Counted from the first letter of the stretch, positions 1-13,385 are shown. The stretch is DNA of 64,000 nt from Leucoraja ocellata (GCA_036785375.1 JAWMAR010000082.1:6138001-6202000); one strand, 5' to 3'. Numbers and translations: made by a program. Notes: a model not told the origin generated them from the sequence alone.

Positions 1-738
1 GTAGAAATGTTTTTAAGACAGTGAAGGGAGGTTTAATTAGGATTTGGTAACATCTGTGGGCTTGCTTTTGGACAACAATGGTTGCATATGGTTCTCCCCT
101 AATTTCAGCAAGGACCATATTGGCACGAGAAATGGTATCAGCCTTAGGGAACAAAATACAAAATCTGACCCATCTGAAATAAAATCTCATCCACACAACA
201 GCCTCTTATAATGAAGAACAATTGCAGCTCAGATCCATTTCAAGTGTGCTAGTTCTCAGAGACAACATAAACATCGGAGATTGTTTGATTTACTTCTTAA
301 TGACTTTAATAGCAGGCACAAAAATCTGCCTATATTCTTTTGTGTACAATACATTGTTATTAAATAGCATCTAACGCAAAAAACAAAATCACACATTTGA
401 CCAAAATAATCCCCAGAATGTAGCTATAAAGTCCTAGCTCCAGTAACTACTTGGAGTTAACATCAGATAAAAGTGTGCTTTATGAAGAATAAATAGTTAA
501 TTAAATCTCACAGATGATCTTGTTAAAATTATTAATCGAATATTTATTAACATCAAATTTGCTTAAAAATACTTGGAAATCCACAATGTTGTATCACGTA
601 CCATATAGTATACCAGTCAATTGCATTCTAAATCCCAATGGATTGTTATTTATGAAAGGCTTACAAAAGCTGAACTCCTATGTAATAGTAATGTACTGAA
701 AATGACCAAGAATTGGAAACAAACTGGAAGAATAATTA

Positions 739-833
739 AAGGTAGACACAAAATGCTGGAGTAACTCAGCGGGACAGGCAGCATCTCTGGAGAGAAGGAA
801 TGGGTGACGTTTCAGGTCGAGACCCTTCTTCAG
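739..833 (-). mobile_element. Short Penelope-like (PLE) terminal-repeat fragment with hammerhead-like motif
   Basis: The minus strand reads CTGAAGAAGGGTCTCGACCTGAAACGTC. It is flanked by a 10-bp direct repeat agaataatta (729-738 and 832-841, probable TSD). The same family recurs many times and is joined to a GIY-YIG C-terminus at 46762-47105 and 49314-49737. Confidence 0.75.
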
Positions 834-3800
834 AATAATTAGTTCATCAACACTAGTGGCTGTGGTTGACATGGCTTTAATAATTTATAACTAGAGAACC
901 CCCATTTTTATCCATCAAGTTTAAGAGAACAATAGATTAGAAAACCCCTAGTTTATCATTTCATACATTTCTTCCGACATTTACAGATATACTATCATAT
1001 TTTATAAAACCATCACTGCAAATTGTGAAAAATAATTCACATTTCATCCAGTTTTTAATTAGTTCGATGTCTGCAGTTCAGGACAGAATAAAAAGTTCAA
1101 GCACCACTCTGACTGACTTTCAATAATATTGTTTTACATTTTGTACAATGAAAGCAGCTTAAAAGACGATATGCTATGCTTTCCAGTGGAATATCAAGTT
1201 AATCCCAAGAGTAATGGTAAATTCAAACTTACACAATTACTCAAAGTGGAAATAGCAAAAATATAGAGCAGAAACATAGTAACCATACTATTTATTTGTT
1301 ATTTTTTAAATTAAAATATCATTCTATTTGCATTTAAATCTGCATTAAAATGGATATTTATGCGGACAAACATATTTCATGTGACACAATTAGATCATGT
1401 TGTGGGGGATTTGTGGTGTTTACAGAGCTAGCGTTTTTACTGAGATGAATTTCATTGTGCGACTATTCCTTTTAGACTTATTGCCTGACATATTCATAAA
1501 CTGAAAAGTGGTTATTGATTAAATATCCTCTCTGTACATGAAACAGGATCATCTTTCAGATTCTTCGACAAATGAGTTATGAGAGCCTCCTCGCGAGCAA
1601 ACAAACTATTGGCCTAATTAACTAATTCCCATGTAATATTCTCTCTATCCTCAAAGAATATTTCATCTTTAAAAGTCAGGAAGCAATAGTAGTACTACTT
1701 GATCAATTGGTGATCGAGTGAAGAAACATGTATTATTTTACACAGAACAATGACATAAAATATGTATATTTAAGTCCATTAAACTACTATTACAACAACG
1801 GATGATTGACCAGACTGTGAGACTGTTACTCTTGGTATTTTTTCTAAAGCAATCAGTCCTATCAGATTAATTGGACCTCTTAGCTTTCTACTTAACCTGG
1901 TTTTAAATGCTAGTCACAATAGTTCTTTTTTTTTTAAATCCACATGCCGTCAGCAGTAATTTACTATTGCATTCTTACTTTATAATATCTTATTTGTTCA
2001 GTTATAACTATATTCTTGCAGCAACAACTGTTGGAAAGTTAGAAAATAAGATTTGGTTTAAAAATGCATCATATCATGCTCTAATATCCTTGATATGTTG
2101 GTTAAAACTCTTGCCCTATTTCCCACGTATTTTAAAGTTAGTATGCACCTGTACAATGACCTGCTCATCCATTATGTTAGTCTTTACTGGCTGTTCTTTA
2201 CAAATCATTTATAACTTGGAAAATTTGAGAAATATGAATTATAAATGGAAAAAAAGTAATTTTACCTAAAAATATCTTCAGAAAACAGAAATTGTCAAAA
2301 TAAAAGTTTCAGGAAATTCGACAATCATAATAAAATGCAGGAAAGATATGCCTTGTAATTCAGAAAGTCTGATTTATCGGTGTCAAAATCTCTCGAAGGC
2401 TCACTGTGGAACATTTCAGTAACAAGTAGCAAAGCAATACTTTACAAATATGGAAATATTATTTGGAAATTAACACAGGAAATTAAATTGAGACGAGGCT
2501 TAGAAAACATTTACAATTATGTTAAGTTGTAATTTCTATGAAAGGTCAGTTTGTGCACTGAACATTACTCTCAGAATGTTTTAATTCCCAGCTGATTTAA
2601 CATAAAAAAATTGGTTAATTTCCATGTATTGTTTCACAAGAAATAGTTTAAGTACAAAAATGCTGAAAAAAAACATTACTGGATTACAATTGTCCTCAAT
2701 AAATAATGGCAATAGTCCCACCCGGCGAAAGACGCTACATAGGAAATATCACACTGCATAGCTAAATAAAAAAACAAAGTTCTTGCCTCTGGTTGAGATG
2801 CTTTTTATTTTTACTTGTGATCAATGATGAAATAAAGCATCTTCAAACCAAATCTTATGTCAACAATTACAGTTCAGTTTCTGAGCAAACTGAACTCTAA
2901 AGTTCATTATACTTAGTAATTATTGAATATCAGTTCTACATTTTCCAAATTCAGCATTTTGTACTTTAAGAAACAAATATTATGCATCATCCAAAATCAT
3001 GGTTATACACTTTAAAGTAGAAAACAAGAAAAGAAAGAACACATTGAATATTGACTGGCAAACATTCTGTAAGAAATACTACTGATTGGATTATGTGTGT
3101 AGAAGGTAAATTTGGCACAAGTATGAAATCTCAAGTTATACAGACAAAATATATATTTTTTCACTTGATTGGACAACCATATTTTCAAATAGAGAAAGTA
3201 ACTCATCTATATTGCAATAATCAGGGCACTGCTGCTTTAGCTACAGTTACTCAGCTTTGGCAACTGCTGATTACAATGTATGCCATGTTTTACCAGCCAT
3301 CACAGCATCTACCTCTGTACTGTATCAATTGTTAAGCTTCCAAGAAATGCATTACAAATTGGATAGTCTGCTTAAGCTATCATGGTGCTTCCGGTATAGA
3401 CACTCTCCATTAAGTACCTGACCTTGAAATCATTAGAGGTCACATAAAGTGGATGAAAGTTTAGCACTCTTGTGGTCACATTTCATGTGATAGTGGGTCG
3501 CTTTATCTTGATCTTAACATTGGCATAGTGATTGACATTGCCCTGAAAAAACCTTCCTTCTGCCCATCAGCATTACACTATTGCTTACTACTTTGCACCA
3601 ATGCTATAGACTTTGCCATTCATATCACCAACAGAGGACAGAAGAACTTGGTACTTAGGAAGTGGATACAAACATTAAGGAGACATTAATATGAATGCAT
3701 GTTTGAAACAAGGAGCTTCTTTTGTAAAATTCTCAAGCATTGTTGTTCGATTAAGGTTTCCGGGTATCCATGCAACCGTACCATCTGCCATATCCATAGT

Positions 3801-5610
3801 AATAAGTAGTGTGATGATATGAATTGTCAAAAACCGTGTACATTTATATTGAGGCCAGATTTTAATACCACATCTTTCTTTGGGTTGAAGGTTGCATAAT
3901 CAAATCAAATTAAAACCTTGGGAAGATTTAGTAGGGAAGAAGCTTACAATTAAACTAAATGTTTTAAATATGAAGGTGAATGTTTCCACTTAAAACAGTT
4001 AATGAATAGATGAGTAGCAAAATCCCAGAGACCAAACACAGCTTTAAAAAATGATAAATAGCTAGTCTTCACTTCCCTAATGAATGATCAGCCTGCTACT
4101 TTTGCCATCTGAATTTGCCCCACCTGTGAAGCAATTTACTGTGATGAAATGTTACCACAGATGATAATGATGTCATCATTCTGACATTAATTTGAGTTTA
4201 ATTATATACAGGATGTCTGCACTAGTGAAAGTCAGTGGAAGATGATAATAATTAAATCAGTATCACATACATGAAAAAAAAAACTCATCACACACTTTTC
4301 AGCAATTATATTGTTACTATGCTCCTATATTTGGTCTATTTGATAATCGTAGTTGAGTTTCTTTTGTTGCTGGTTTCAGGCAATCAATGCACTCTGTGTT
4401 GAGTTCTCAGTTATTTTGAGTCTCTGAGTCTTATTCTCAGTCTTTTCTATCCACTGTAAAAGCTGTGTTAGCATTTTGAAGAAAACAACACAGGCTCATA
4501 CGCTAACTGATTTATAAAAGTCTTAATTTCATCTTTAACAAATGAGAAATTAAGTTTGTAATTAATGTGAACAATGATAATAATTTAGCTTTCAAATTGC
4601 AAGTAGTGGGAGAATCTTTCATTTACCCAATGGATTAGCCATAAATAATTAACAATACCACAATTTGTCCCTTCATTTTTCACTATCTACTTAAGACATA
4701 TTTGAATAACAGTGACAAATATTAGCGAACATGCATAAAGTAAGTCTCTGCTACTTCCATTAATAGTGGTAAAGGTGAGTGCATATAAATTAATATGGCC
4801 TTCTTAAAGCAAATTACTGTCAGCTTAAAACGTGTAGCAGATTTGTAGCAGAACAGGAAAGCTTCAAGTGAATGCAATTCTAAATTTAATCTCAACAACT
4901 CAATTAAATAAATGGAATTTTTAAGGAACAAATGGGAATTGGTCTAAATTAAAACTGCAGACTAGTTTTAACTTTAGACATTTATGAGTGATAGCCAGAA
5001 GAAAAAAAACATAGCTTCTAGTTTCCTTTATTCGATGTCTCAGCAGTTGGAGGGGGTTGGCAGGCAGCATCACAAAAGGATAAAAATGTCTGCAATCGAA
5101 ACACAGTTTTTGCCTCACAATAAATCATCTGTCACATCATCACAGCCCTGTAGATAATGAGCAATAAAGTTTCCACACTCAGGGAAAGAAGACCCAGACA
5201 TAGAAACACTAGTAACCCTGCCATCAGCCGACTGTTTTCTTTCTTATCTCGATAGGGTTTTTGCTATTTACTTATCAAATGAAAGACTGAATGCATTGCT
5301 AACACCAATATCTTTATAGCCTGTAAAAAAAAACCCAGTTCCTAATACCAGGCAGTTAACAGAAATCCTATTAATGAGAATGTTCACTTTAAAAGGACAT
5401 TTGCCCAGACACAGATTAATTCGCTGCATTGGGTAATAGAAAACTACCAGTTTATTGGAACAGTTTTAGATTAGATGTGTGACTTTATAGGTGTAATTAC
5501 TAGGTAGAAAAAGCAATAGTCAAAGAGTTTCAGTTGGGTGTAATTTAGTTACTAAAGGACTGGGGCACTTTGTGACAAGCGTTGATTCTGTTACATGCAA
5601 ATACATTCTG

Positions 5611-5760
5611 GCTGAGTGACTTGGTTGTTCAGTAGGTTAGTTCACTGTCCATCCCCTCGGGGGGCCGGAGTTAGTATCTAGCCAGACTGATAAGATGAAA
5701 GTGTTATTTCTCTGGCAGCTGCAATGGTTCTTCAGCCCAATTCCTCGAGTTGTGTGCCAA
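5611..5760 (+). mobile_element. Degenerate LF-SINE-like ancient SINE relic
   Basis: Colinear similarity to the LF-SINE 5' region as I recall it: gacttggttgttcagt...cccctcgg...gagttagtatctagcca...gatgaaagtgtta...cagcccaattcct. No alignment was computed. Confidence 0.45.
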
Positions 5761-6360
5761 TTGTGTACAACTGATTTTAACTGCAGACAAGAGGCTGAGA
5801 AGGAGAGCTATATGGAGAGAGGATGCTGGTGTGAAGGTGAGCCCTCTTGCAGGTGAACATGCAAGCATTTTGTTGGACAAATTACATAAACCTGTGTTTT
5901 ATATTTTAACACATCCAGAGTTTGTTATCTTGACACTGCTGCCACAAATAACCATGTTCTATTCTCCAGCATTGCCATCTCTCACCTTGCAAAAATCAAA
6001 GAATAGTATAGATCTTCAAAAAAGCATCGAGTAGACACTGCATGACCTCTTGCACAGCACAGTAGAATGAATTTTACATATCTTCACAACCTCAATACTG
6101 CTTGAGATTGGTAAGGTGAGAGAGAGAGAATTATGTAGGATTGGTTACTTTTTTTCCACTCCAGGAGAAAAAAGTAATAACTCAGTTATTGCAGCAGTAT
6201 TTGTATCATGAAATCAAAAAGAGCAATTACTGACATTTTGTGGGGCTGATTCAATTAATTTTAGCATAAATTCCAACCTTCGAATCAGTTTGCTTCGTGT
6301 TAGCTTAGGCCTCACATAAATATTGGTAAATTTGATCATAAATATTGATAATTTTTAAAT

Positions 6361-6990
6361 AGACAATAGACAATAGATGCAGGAGGAGGCCATTTGGCCC
6401 TTCGAGCCAGCACCGCCACTCAATGTAATCATGGCTGATCATCCACAATCAGTACCCCGTTCCTGCCTTCACCCCATATCCCCTGACTCCGCTATCTTTA
6501 AGAGCCCTATCTAGCTCTCTCTTGAAAGTATCGAGAGAACCGGCCTCCACTGCCCTCTGAGGCAGAGAATTCCACAGACTCACAACTCTTTGTGTGAAAA
6601 TGTTTTTCCTCATCTCCATTCTAAATGGCTTACCCCTTATTCTTAAACTGTGGCCCCTGGTTCTGTACTCCCCCAATATCGGGAACACATTTCCTGCCTC
6701 TAGCGTGTCCAAACCTTTCATAGTCTCATATGTTTCAATAAGAATCCCTCTCATCCTTCTAAATTCCTGACCATACAAGCTCAGCCGCTCCATTCTCTCA
6801 GCATATGGCAGTCCCGCCATCCAAGGAATTAACCTTGTGAACCTACGCTGCACTCCCTCAATAGCAAGAATGTCCTTCCTCAAATTTGTAGACCATAATT
6901 GCATACAATACTCCAGGTGTAGTCTCACTAGAGCCCTGTACAACTGCAGAAGGACATCTTTGCTCCTATATTCAACTCATCTTATTATGA
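6361..6990 (-). mobile_element. CR1-clade LINE, 5'-truncated 3' end (ORF2 C-terminus plus 3' UTR)
   Basis: ORF 6449-6943 reads LYRALVRLHLEYCMQLWS...RTRGHSLRI...FTQRVVSLWNSLP, typical of the CR1 ORF2 C-terminus. It ends in an (agacaat)n tail at 6361. Confidence 0.92.
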
Positions 6991-7260
6991 AACAAAACAA
7001 GTTATAAAGTCACACATAACTGCAATGATACCATCTTTACCAAAACATTTGCATAGCTTTTCTCTCTAATGACACATATATTAATTTACACGAGGTGTAC
7101 TATGTGCATATGAATTAGCAATAAAGGGGAAAAATAACAAAGAATGTGACACAGCCAAACCAAATGTGTACTTCATCATGTGCTCTACATCCCTCATCCA
7201 TCGTTTCAATGCCTCTGTACAGTTTCCCTCCATCTGATTGCTCCACTGCTTGGATAGCAT

Positions 7261-7368
7261 TGCGTAGGAAGGAACTGCAGATGCTGGTTTACACTGAAGA
7301 CAGACACAAAATGCTGGAATAACTTAGCGGGACAGGCAGCATCTTTGGAGAGAAGGAATGGGTGACTA
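7261..7368 (-). mobile_element. Penelope-derived short repeat fragment
   Basis: gtaggaaggaactgcagatgctggtttaca...gacacaaaatgctgg...agagaaggaatgggtgac, same family as 739-833. Confidence 0.7.
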
Positions 7369-8270
7369 CTTGGGTGACTGGTACCTGCTTGGATTCGATT
7401 GTTTGGCACAAAAGATGAAGGAGAGATCTGCAGTTGATCCTAAATAGAATACCAATAGAACAATGCAGAGAAGCCATTATGAATGACACGCCTTCTTAAA
7501 GAGGAGGATCCAAGGGCTCTGATCTGAAAACAGGCAATAGGCTAATGTTGTGAGCCTAACCACAGATACAGGAATTGAGCATTGCTTGTGTTAGTGCCTT
7601 TTCATAGTCACAATGCTATTGAGCTTTTCATTACAGCTAGCATGTTAATTGCTGCGTTCAACTACAATGTAGCCAATCACTTCACATTATTTTTCATAAT
7701 TGGAACCATCCTATCTGACATGAATCTTTATTAGATTCTCAGCAATGATAATACTCTTGGTGACGTTAAACATTTGGACATCTATCAGGACTTAAATTCT
7801 CAATAGCATTAATGTCTGTGTTTCATTATCGACTTTGAATGCAGCAAATTAGGACCATCCCATTGCTTCTTTGTGTGTGCTACTTTCTTCCAATTTATTG
7901 AGAACACATGTCCCGTTGGTGCGAAAAAGCACAGAATATTGTTGTGCACCTGCCATCTTCTTTGGGTGGAAAATAACCAGGATTAGCAGGGAGAGAATGG
8001 GTTGAGAGGTCATATTCTGTGCGCACAGTTTGAACTTTTCCTTCTGTCCACTTGCTAACCAATTTCGATGATAAAAGCGCAGTGTCTGCATCATGGGTTT
8101 GATATCAGGCATGCAAATAGTGTGACTTGCCTAGGGTAGTTGACTGAGTGCCTCAGTATAGGGGATCTACACTAACATTGGTTTACTTGTCCTTCCAGTA
8201 AATTTGGAGGAATTTGTGGAGCCAGTGGAATTTTTCCAATGTTTGCTTTTGGTAGCCCAGGTCTCATGAG

Positions 8271-8878
8271 CAGGCACGAAAATCACTCTCAAAATATGGA
8301 GGGGACCGGGGGACAGGGGGGACACAATTTTTTGGCGGCCACGCACACATGTGCACACTCACACACACGCGCGCGAGGATTCGGAGGCTCAATCCAGCGC
8401 TAAATGCAGCTCAACTCTGCCTGTCTCGCCGGGTTAACCTACAGCCCTGTCTGGACATCAGCACTGCTTCTCCAGGCTGGCCATATTTCCCACAAGTCCA
8501 GGCAGGGATGTAGGTTAAACTGGCGGGACAGGCAGAATTGAGCTGGGTTTAGCGCTGCTTCTCTGCACTGGCTGTGGGCCTGAGGGTACAGCTCCCGCCT
8601 GACTCCCGACGTCTCTGGCCACCCGAGGGGGGGGAGGGGCACTTGGGTGGGGACGGGGCGGCGCCGGGATCGATCCTGGCTGTGGATGAGGCGCAGGTCT
8701 CCCTCCTCCAATCATCGCGCTGAATCATCATGTCCCGCCCACATTGCCTGCTGACTGACGTCTCTCTCGTCCAATCGGCACCCTCGATCAACACCACTGA
8801 TTTCACCGGGTTTTAAAATCCGGATTACAAAAACTTGGGGGGCGACGTTCCCCACCTCTCAAAACAGAGGGGGGACGG
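8271..8878. mobile_element. GC/CpG-rich interspersed element, probably a truncated non-autonomous DNA transposon
   Basis: Abrupt GC- and CpG-rich block starting CAGGCACGAAAATC. The motif ctctcaaaa...ggggg occurs near both ends (about 8286 and 8856). The right side abuts a SINE tail, and no matching TIR was found. Confidence 0.45.
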
Positions 8879-8879
8879 T

Positions 8880-9007
8880 AAAATTGTAAATTGTCACTAG
8901 TGTGTAGGATAGTACAAGCGAACGGGATGATTGCTGGTCGGTGCGGACTCAGTGGGCCGAAGGGCCTGTTTCCCCACTGCATCTTTAAAGTCTAAGGTAA
9001 AGTCTAA
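8880..9007 (+). mobile_element. HE1/V-SINE 3' fragment
   Basis: tgtaaattgtcactagtgtgtagg...gtgggccgaagggcctgtttcc...ctaaa tail, matching the full-length copies in this window. Confidence 0.8.
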
Positions 9008-9496
9008 AACCACCTAATGTCAAGAAATGGCTTCCAAGTCATGGGAAATGTTCTATATATTCTTCTGCTTCTCCGTGTATCTTTACTGTCAAAGGCACAG
9101 AAGTGAAGCAGTGGCTGGTCCATGGAAGAACACATCTGGATGTGGGAAATAATATCTTCACCAACACACATTATGATCACTTTGGCTGACCATATCAGTA
9201 ATATTTGCTGGATATATATATATATATATATATTTGGTAATACCAGTGAATTAAACCACTTCAGCACCAATCAACCATTTTTTAGCATCCGTCCATTTGG
9301 TCAAGAGATGATGGTGCAGCTTTGATGTTATTCTGTTTGGTGAAGAGCAATGTCTCACCTGTGGTTGCATCATTTCTAGCTGTTGCTGGCTGAGCCCATC
9401 CCTGGCAGGCACACCCTTCCACCACCATTCCACCAAGGTTCAAAATTAAAGGTTTTACTGCAACTTTATTTGCAGCACCTATAGTCGCACAATTAA

Positions 9497-9809
9497 TGTT
9501 TAGATTAGAGATACAGCGCGGAAACAGGCCCTTCAGCCCACCGGGTCCATGCTGACCAGTGATCCCCGCACATTAACACGATTACCCACTAGGGACAATT
9601 ATTACATTTACCAAGCCAATTAACCTACAAACCTGTACATCTTCGGAGTGTGGGAGGAAACCGAAGATCTCGGAGAAACCCCATGCAGGTCACGGGGAGA
9701 ACGTACAAACTCCGTACAGACAGCACCCGTAGCTGGGATCGAACCAGTGTCTCCAGCCCTGCATTTTCTGTAAGGCAGTAACTCTACTGCTGCATCACCA
9801 TGACCACCC
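9497..9809 (-). mobile_element. Full-length tRNA-derived HE1/V-SINE
   Basis: The reverse complement has an A-box-like head, a B-box (ggttcgatcc), the central ttctccccgtgacctgcatgggg domain and the gggcctgtttccgcgctgtatctctaa tail. Confidence 0.9.
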
Positions 9810-10208
9810 TAAAGTGTTTATCATCTGATCATTTCTATTGATGATCTCACATCACAAATTATTTTCTCATCCATGTTGCAGTCTATTTGATCCATTATTT
9901 CCTTTGAAAGACAGCAGCACTATCAGGATGGTAATGAATATTTCATCTTAATCTTTAATTTCATGGCCTCATTTTACATATTTCGCATTAGCACATTTAA
10001 TCATCTGGTCAAGCCAAATACCCTCTGATGAAGATCTCAGTTCCTATGTTTAAACAGAGCCATGTCACAGGTAAACGCAGACTGAGTGATTAAAGTTATA
10101 AAACGGCAAACACCAGTCCATTACAAATTGTCACCTCCATCCATTTTCATAATTGCTACAGATTGCACCACAATCTTGCACTATTCTATTGTTTTACACT
10201 CAGGTGCA

Positions 10209-10615
10209 GTCTGAAGAAGGGTCTCGACCCTAAACGTCGCCTATTCCTTTTCTCCAGAGATGCTGCCTGACCCAAGTTCAAGTTCAAGTGAGTTTATTGT
10301 CATGTGTCCCTGATAGGACAATGAAATGCTTGCTTTGCTTCAGCACAACAGAACATAGTAGGCATTGACTACAAAACAGATCAGTGTGTCCATATACCAT
10401 TATATAAATATATACACACATGAATAAATAAACTGATAAAGTGCAAATAACAGATAATGGGTTATTAATGTTCAGAGTTTTGTCTGAGTCAAGTTTAATA
10501 GCCTGATGGCTGTGGGGAAGTGGATATTCCTGAACCTGGTCGTTGACCCATTGAGTTATTCCAGCTGTTTGTGTCTATCTTTGGTTTAATCCAGCAACTA
10601 CAGTTCCTTTCTACA
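10209..10615 (+). mobile_element. Penelope-derived short element interrupted by a Rex1/Babar 3' end
   Basis: ctgaagaagggtctcgaccc...gatgctgcctgaccca | insert | tgacccattgagttattccagc...ttcctttctaca. The two halves rejoin into the family consensus. Confidence 0.75.
10275..10543 (-). mobile_element. Rex1/Babar-type LINE 3' end with 7-bp TSD
   Basis: (caagtt)n tail, tttattgtcatgtg poly(A)-signal region and atagcctgatggctgtggggaag ORF end. The sequence tgaccca is duplicated at 10268-10274 and 10544-10550. Confidence 0.75.
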
Positions 10616-10666
10616 TGTGTTGTATTTATTATTGTATTGTTACCTGGTGTATATGACAATAAACTA

Positions 10667-10828
10667 ATCTGAATCTGAATCTGAATGTAAACCTGAATCT
10701 AAATCTAAATCAAAATCTAAGAATCTAAGAATCTAAATCTAAACCTGAATCGGAACAGGAAACAAAATCGGGATCAAAATCTGAATCTCAATGTGAACAT
10801 GAATCTCAATCTGAATAGAAATCTGAAT
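10667..10828 (+). repeat. Degenerate hexamer microsatellite (TCTGAA/TCTAAA)n grown from a LINE tail
   Basis: Follows gtatatgacaataaac. The 6-bp periodicity is clear and decays to the right. Confidence 0.8.
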
Positions 10829-10989
10829 TGGAATCACTATGTGGGGATAGGACATTGTGCAGGGAAGTGAATATAACAAGAGGGCGCTGTTCTGCATGAT
10901 GCCAGTTTCAGTAATCAAAGACAAATTTCTTCCCGTTAGTTTTTAATGCAGGTACGTTCTATAATCAAAGAAGACCATGAGATAAAAAT

Positions 10990-11181
10990 GGGCAGCACAG
11001 TGGTGCAGTTGAAATTGTTGCTGCCTCACAGCACCAGAAAAAGGTTTGATCCTGACCTCGGTTGGTGTCTGTGCCGTGTTTGCACGTTCTCCCTGTGACC
11101 ACATGCGTTTCCCCTGGGTGCTCCGGTTTCCTCCCACATCCCAAAGATGTGTGGTTCATAGGTTACTTGGCCACTGTAAAT
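10990..11181 (+). mobile_element. HE1/V-SINE, 3'-truncated
   Basis: gggcagcacagtggtgcag...ggtttgatcctgacctc...gttctccctgtgacc...ggtttcctcccacatcccaaaga. Confidence 0.85.
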
Positions 11182-11264
11182 CATTACTGCAGGTATACTG
11201 TTTACCCTGTGAGATTCATGTAAATGAGGAATTTCATTGCACCCTTGTGTATATGACGATAAAC

Positions 11265-11434
11265 TGTGTAGGAACTAACTGCAGATGCTGGTTTACACCG
11301 AAGATAGACACCAAATGGTGGAGTAACTCAGCAGGACAGGTAGCATCTCTGGAGAGATGGAATGGGTGATGTTTTGGGTCGAGACTCTTCATTCAGACCT
11401 GAAACATCACCCATTCCATCTCTCCAGAGATGCT
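11265..11434. mobile_element. Penelope-derived inverted (palindromic) terminal repeat
   Basis: agcatctctggagagatggaatgggtgatgttt (11342-11374) pairs with aaacatcacccattccatctctccagagatgct (11402-11434). Confidence 0.8.
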
Positions 11435-11790
11435 AACTAATCTAATCTACTCTTTAAGGTCTGAAGTTGAGATTTTGACTATGCGTCATATTTTCCACTG
11501 ACATACCTCTATCAGCAGTAGAAGCTATTGAAAACTCTGTTGCAAACTTCTGTCACAAATTATAATATTATCCAACCACCCTGATGCATCAATGCCGCAG
11601 AAATAAGTGGGTTGTTAGAAATGGAAAATGTTGGGAATCTAAGGAAATATTCCAAAATGGCAAATTACAACCTAAAATAATCTATTACTGGGACTAAAAT
11701 GTAAATAGCTAGGTCTACATCAATCAAAATGCTGTCCATTTTCATGTACGCTCAGATTAAAACACACAGTTTACAAATCGGACAACGGGC

Positions 11791-11878
11791 TAGACATAAA
11801 ATGCTGAAGTAATTCAGCGGGACAGGCGGCATCTCCGGAGAGAAGGGGTGGGTGACGTTTCGGGTCGAGACCCCTTCA
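11791..11878 (-). mobile_element. Penelope-derived short repeat fragment
   Basis: tagacataaaatgctgaagtaattcagcggg...gtgacgtttcgggtcgagacccc. Confidence 0.7.
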
Positions 11879-12279
11879 AATCTCCTCTAACAACAGGCTG
11901 CCTTGTATTTCTTAATTTTTTTTACAGATGTAGAGAATATGAGTAAATCTAATTTTTTAACCATTTGCCCCAGGTATTTCCATGTAATTAAATATCCAGT
12001 TGTTATTTACAGCATTGAGTTGTATTGAGATTAGTGTATCTGCTGAAGTCCAGAACTGACTGCAACTCAGAATCACTCAGCACTAGCTTGTGGAATCTAG
12101 CACAATATTTATTGACACATTTTTATTGCTCCTCCAACAGCTTGTGTTGACTGAGGATATCATTCAATCCTCCCATCAGGTTCTCACACTCTTCATACCT
12201 CAGTTTATCTGCGACTAATTCCTTAATTCATGACTCTGCACTTGACTATTCCAACACATTCCAGCCTTTCAACTCTCGA

Positions 12280-12450
12280 TTAACATAAGGTCATCCAATC
12301 TCTGCTGATTATGCCCCAACTCCGAAAAAGTCTCGTGAAACCAACAGCTTTGCTGCCTGTTGCTAGTTAAGTTAAAGTTTGATTTTTAAAGTCCTCTTCC
12401 TTATTTTCAAATCCCTTTGTGGTTTCATCCTTCCCTAGTTATGTAAACTG
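12280..12450 (+). mobile_element. Highly degenerate L2/CR1-group LINE 3' fragment
   Basis: tttaaagtcctcttccttattttcaaatccctttgtggtttcatccttccct resembles the FKILILVFKSLHGLAPPY region of L2-type ORF2, recognised from memory. Confidence 0.45.
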
Positions 12451-12496
12451 TGTGTTCTATGTTCTATGTTCTTCTTGCCTTGCAATATATAGCCAT

Positions 12497-12838
12497 GAGA
12501 TACAAGGAACTGCACATGTTGGTTTACAATAAAAGACACAATGTACTGGAGTAAATCAGCAAGTCAGGCAGTATATCAGGTAAACGTCTCAGGTTGGGTC
12601 TCAACCTGAAAGGTCATCTAACCATGTTCTCCAGAGATGCTGCGAGACTTGCTAAGTTACTCAAGCACATTGCATATGTTTTTTCCCCCAATATATCCAC
12701 CCTTTTCCAATTCTATCCTCTTGAGAAGCCTTGAATTTGGACTGAAGGAAGGTCTCAACCTGAAATGTCACCCATTCCTTCACTCCAGAGATGCTGCCTG
12801 ACCAGCTGAGTTACTCCAGCATTTTGTATGTATCTTCA
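12497..12838. mobile_element. Two Penelope-derived short elements (palindromic 12497-12682; forward 12741-12838)
   Basis: Family motifs gacacaa...tggagtaa.tcagc and ctgaagg..ggtctcaacctgaaatgtcacccattcc...gagttactccagcattttgt. Confidence 0.7.
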
Positions 12839-13385
12839 CTTGTCAAGGTCTTTTCTGCATGCCCCTTTCTCCTCTTTAACTAAACATTAGGTTCTCTACC
12901 TATATTAAGTCTTACATAGCTCAATGTAGCCACAAACACAGCTATAACACGTGTAGGTAGTGCAACAATGACAAAAATGTTGTACTTACATGGTTATTTT
13001 AACGTGGATTCCTATATTTAAATTTATGATGACAAAATAAATTGACCAAAGCAAAATAAAATAAATGCTTTTCTTTAATGCTGCTATTTTTTTAGCTGAA
13101 TCTGTGAGAGATCCTGTACATTGAGTTGAGGCTGGTGTACAGTGGTACTAATGGTCAGTGGTATTCATCGGCCTTACTGAAAATTGCATTTGGGTAAGAA
13201 ACTGATTTAAGTTTGTTTTCCGTAAAACCCACCTTTATAGGGGCTGGTTTTAGCAGTCCCTACTGATTCCTGCTGGTTGGATCATAAAAATAAACCTAAA
13301 AAACACAGTGGAGTGTGCCACCTACACAAATCATTCAGTTTATGTAAGTTTCTTTGAAATTACATTTGGTCCTGCATTATCCAGT

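Noticed and set aside
5970-6110. Exon bounded by ttctccag and G|gtaagg
   Set aside because: Stops occur in all three frames.
13096-13193. Exon bounded by ttttttag and G|gtaaga
   Set aside because: Stops occur in all three frames. It could only be non-coding, and there is no other support.
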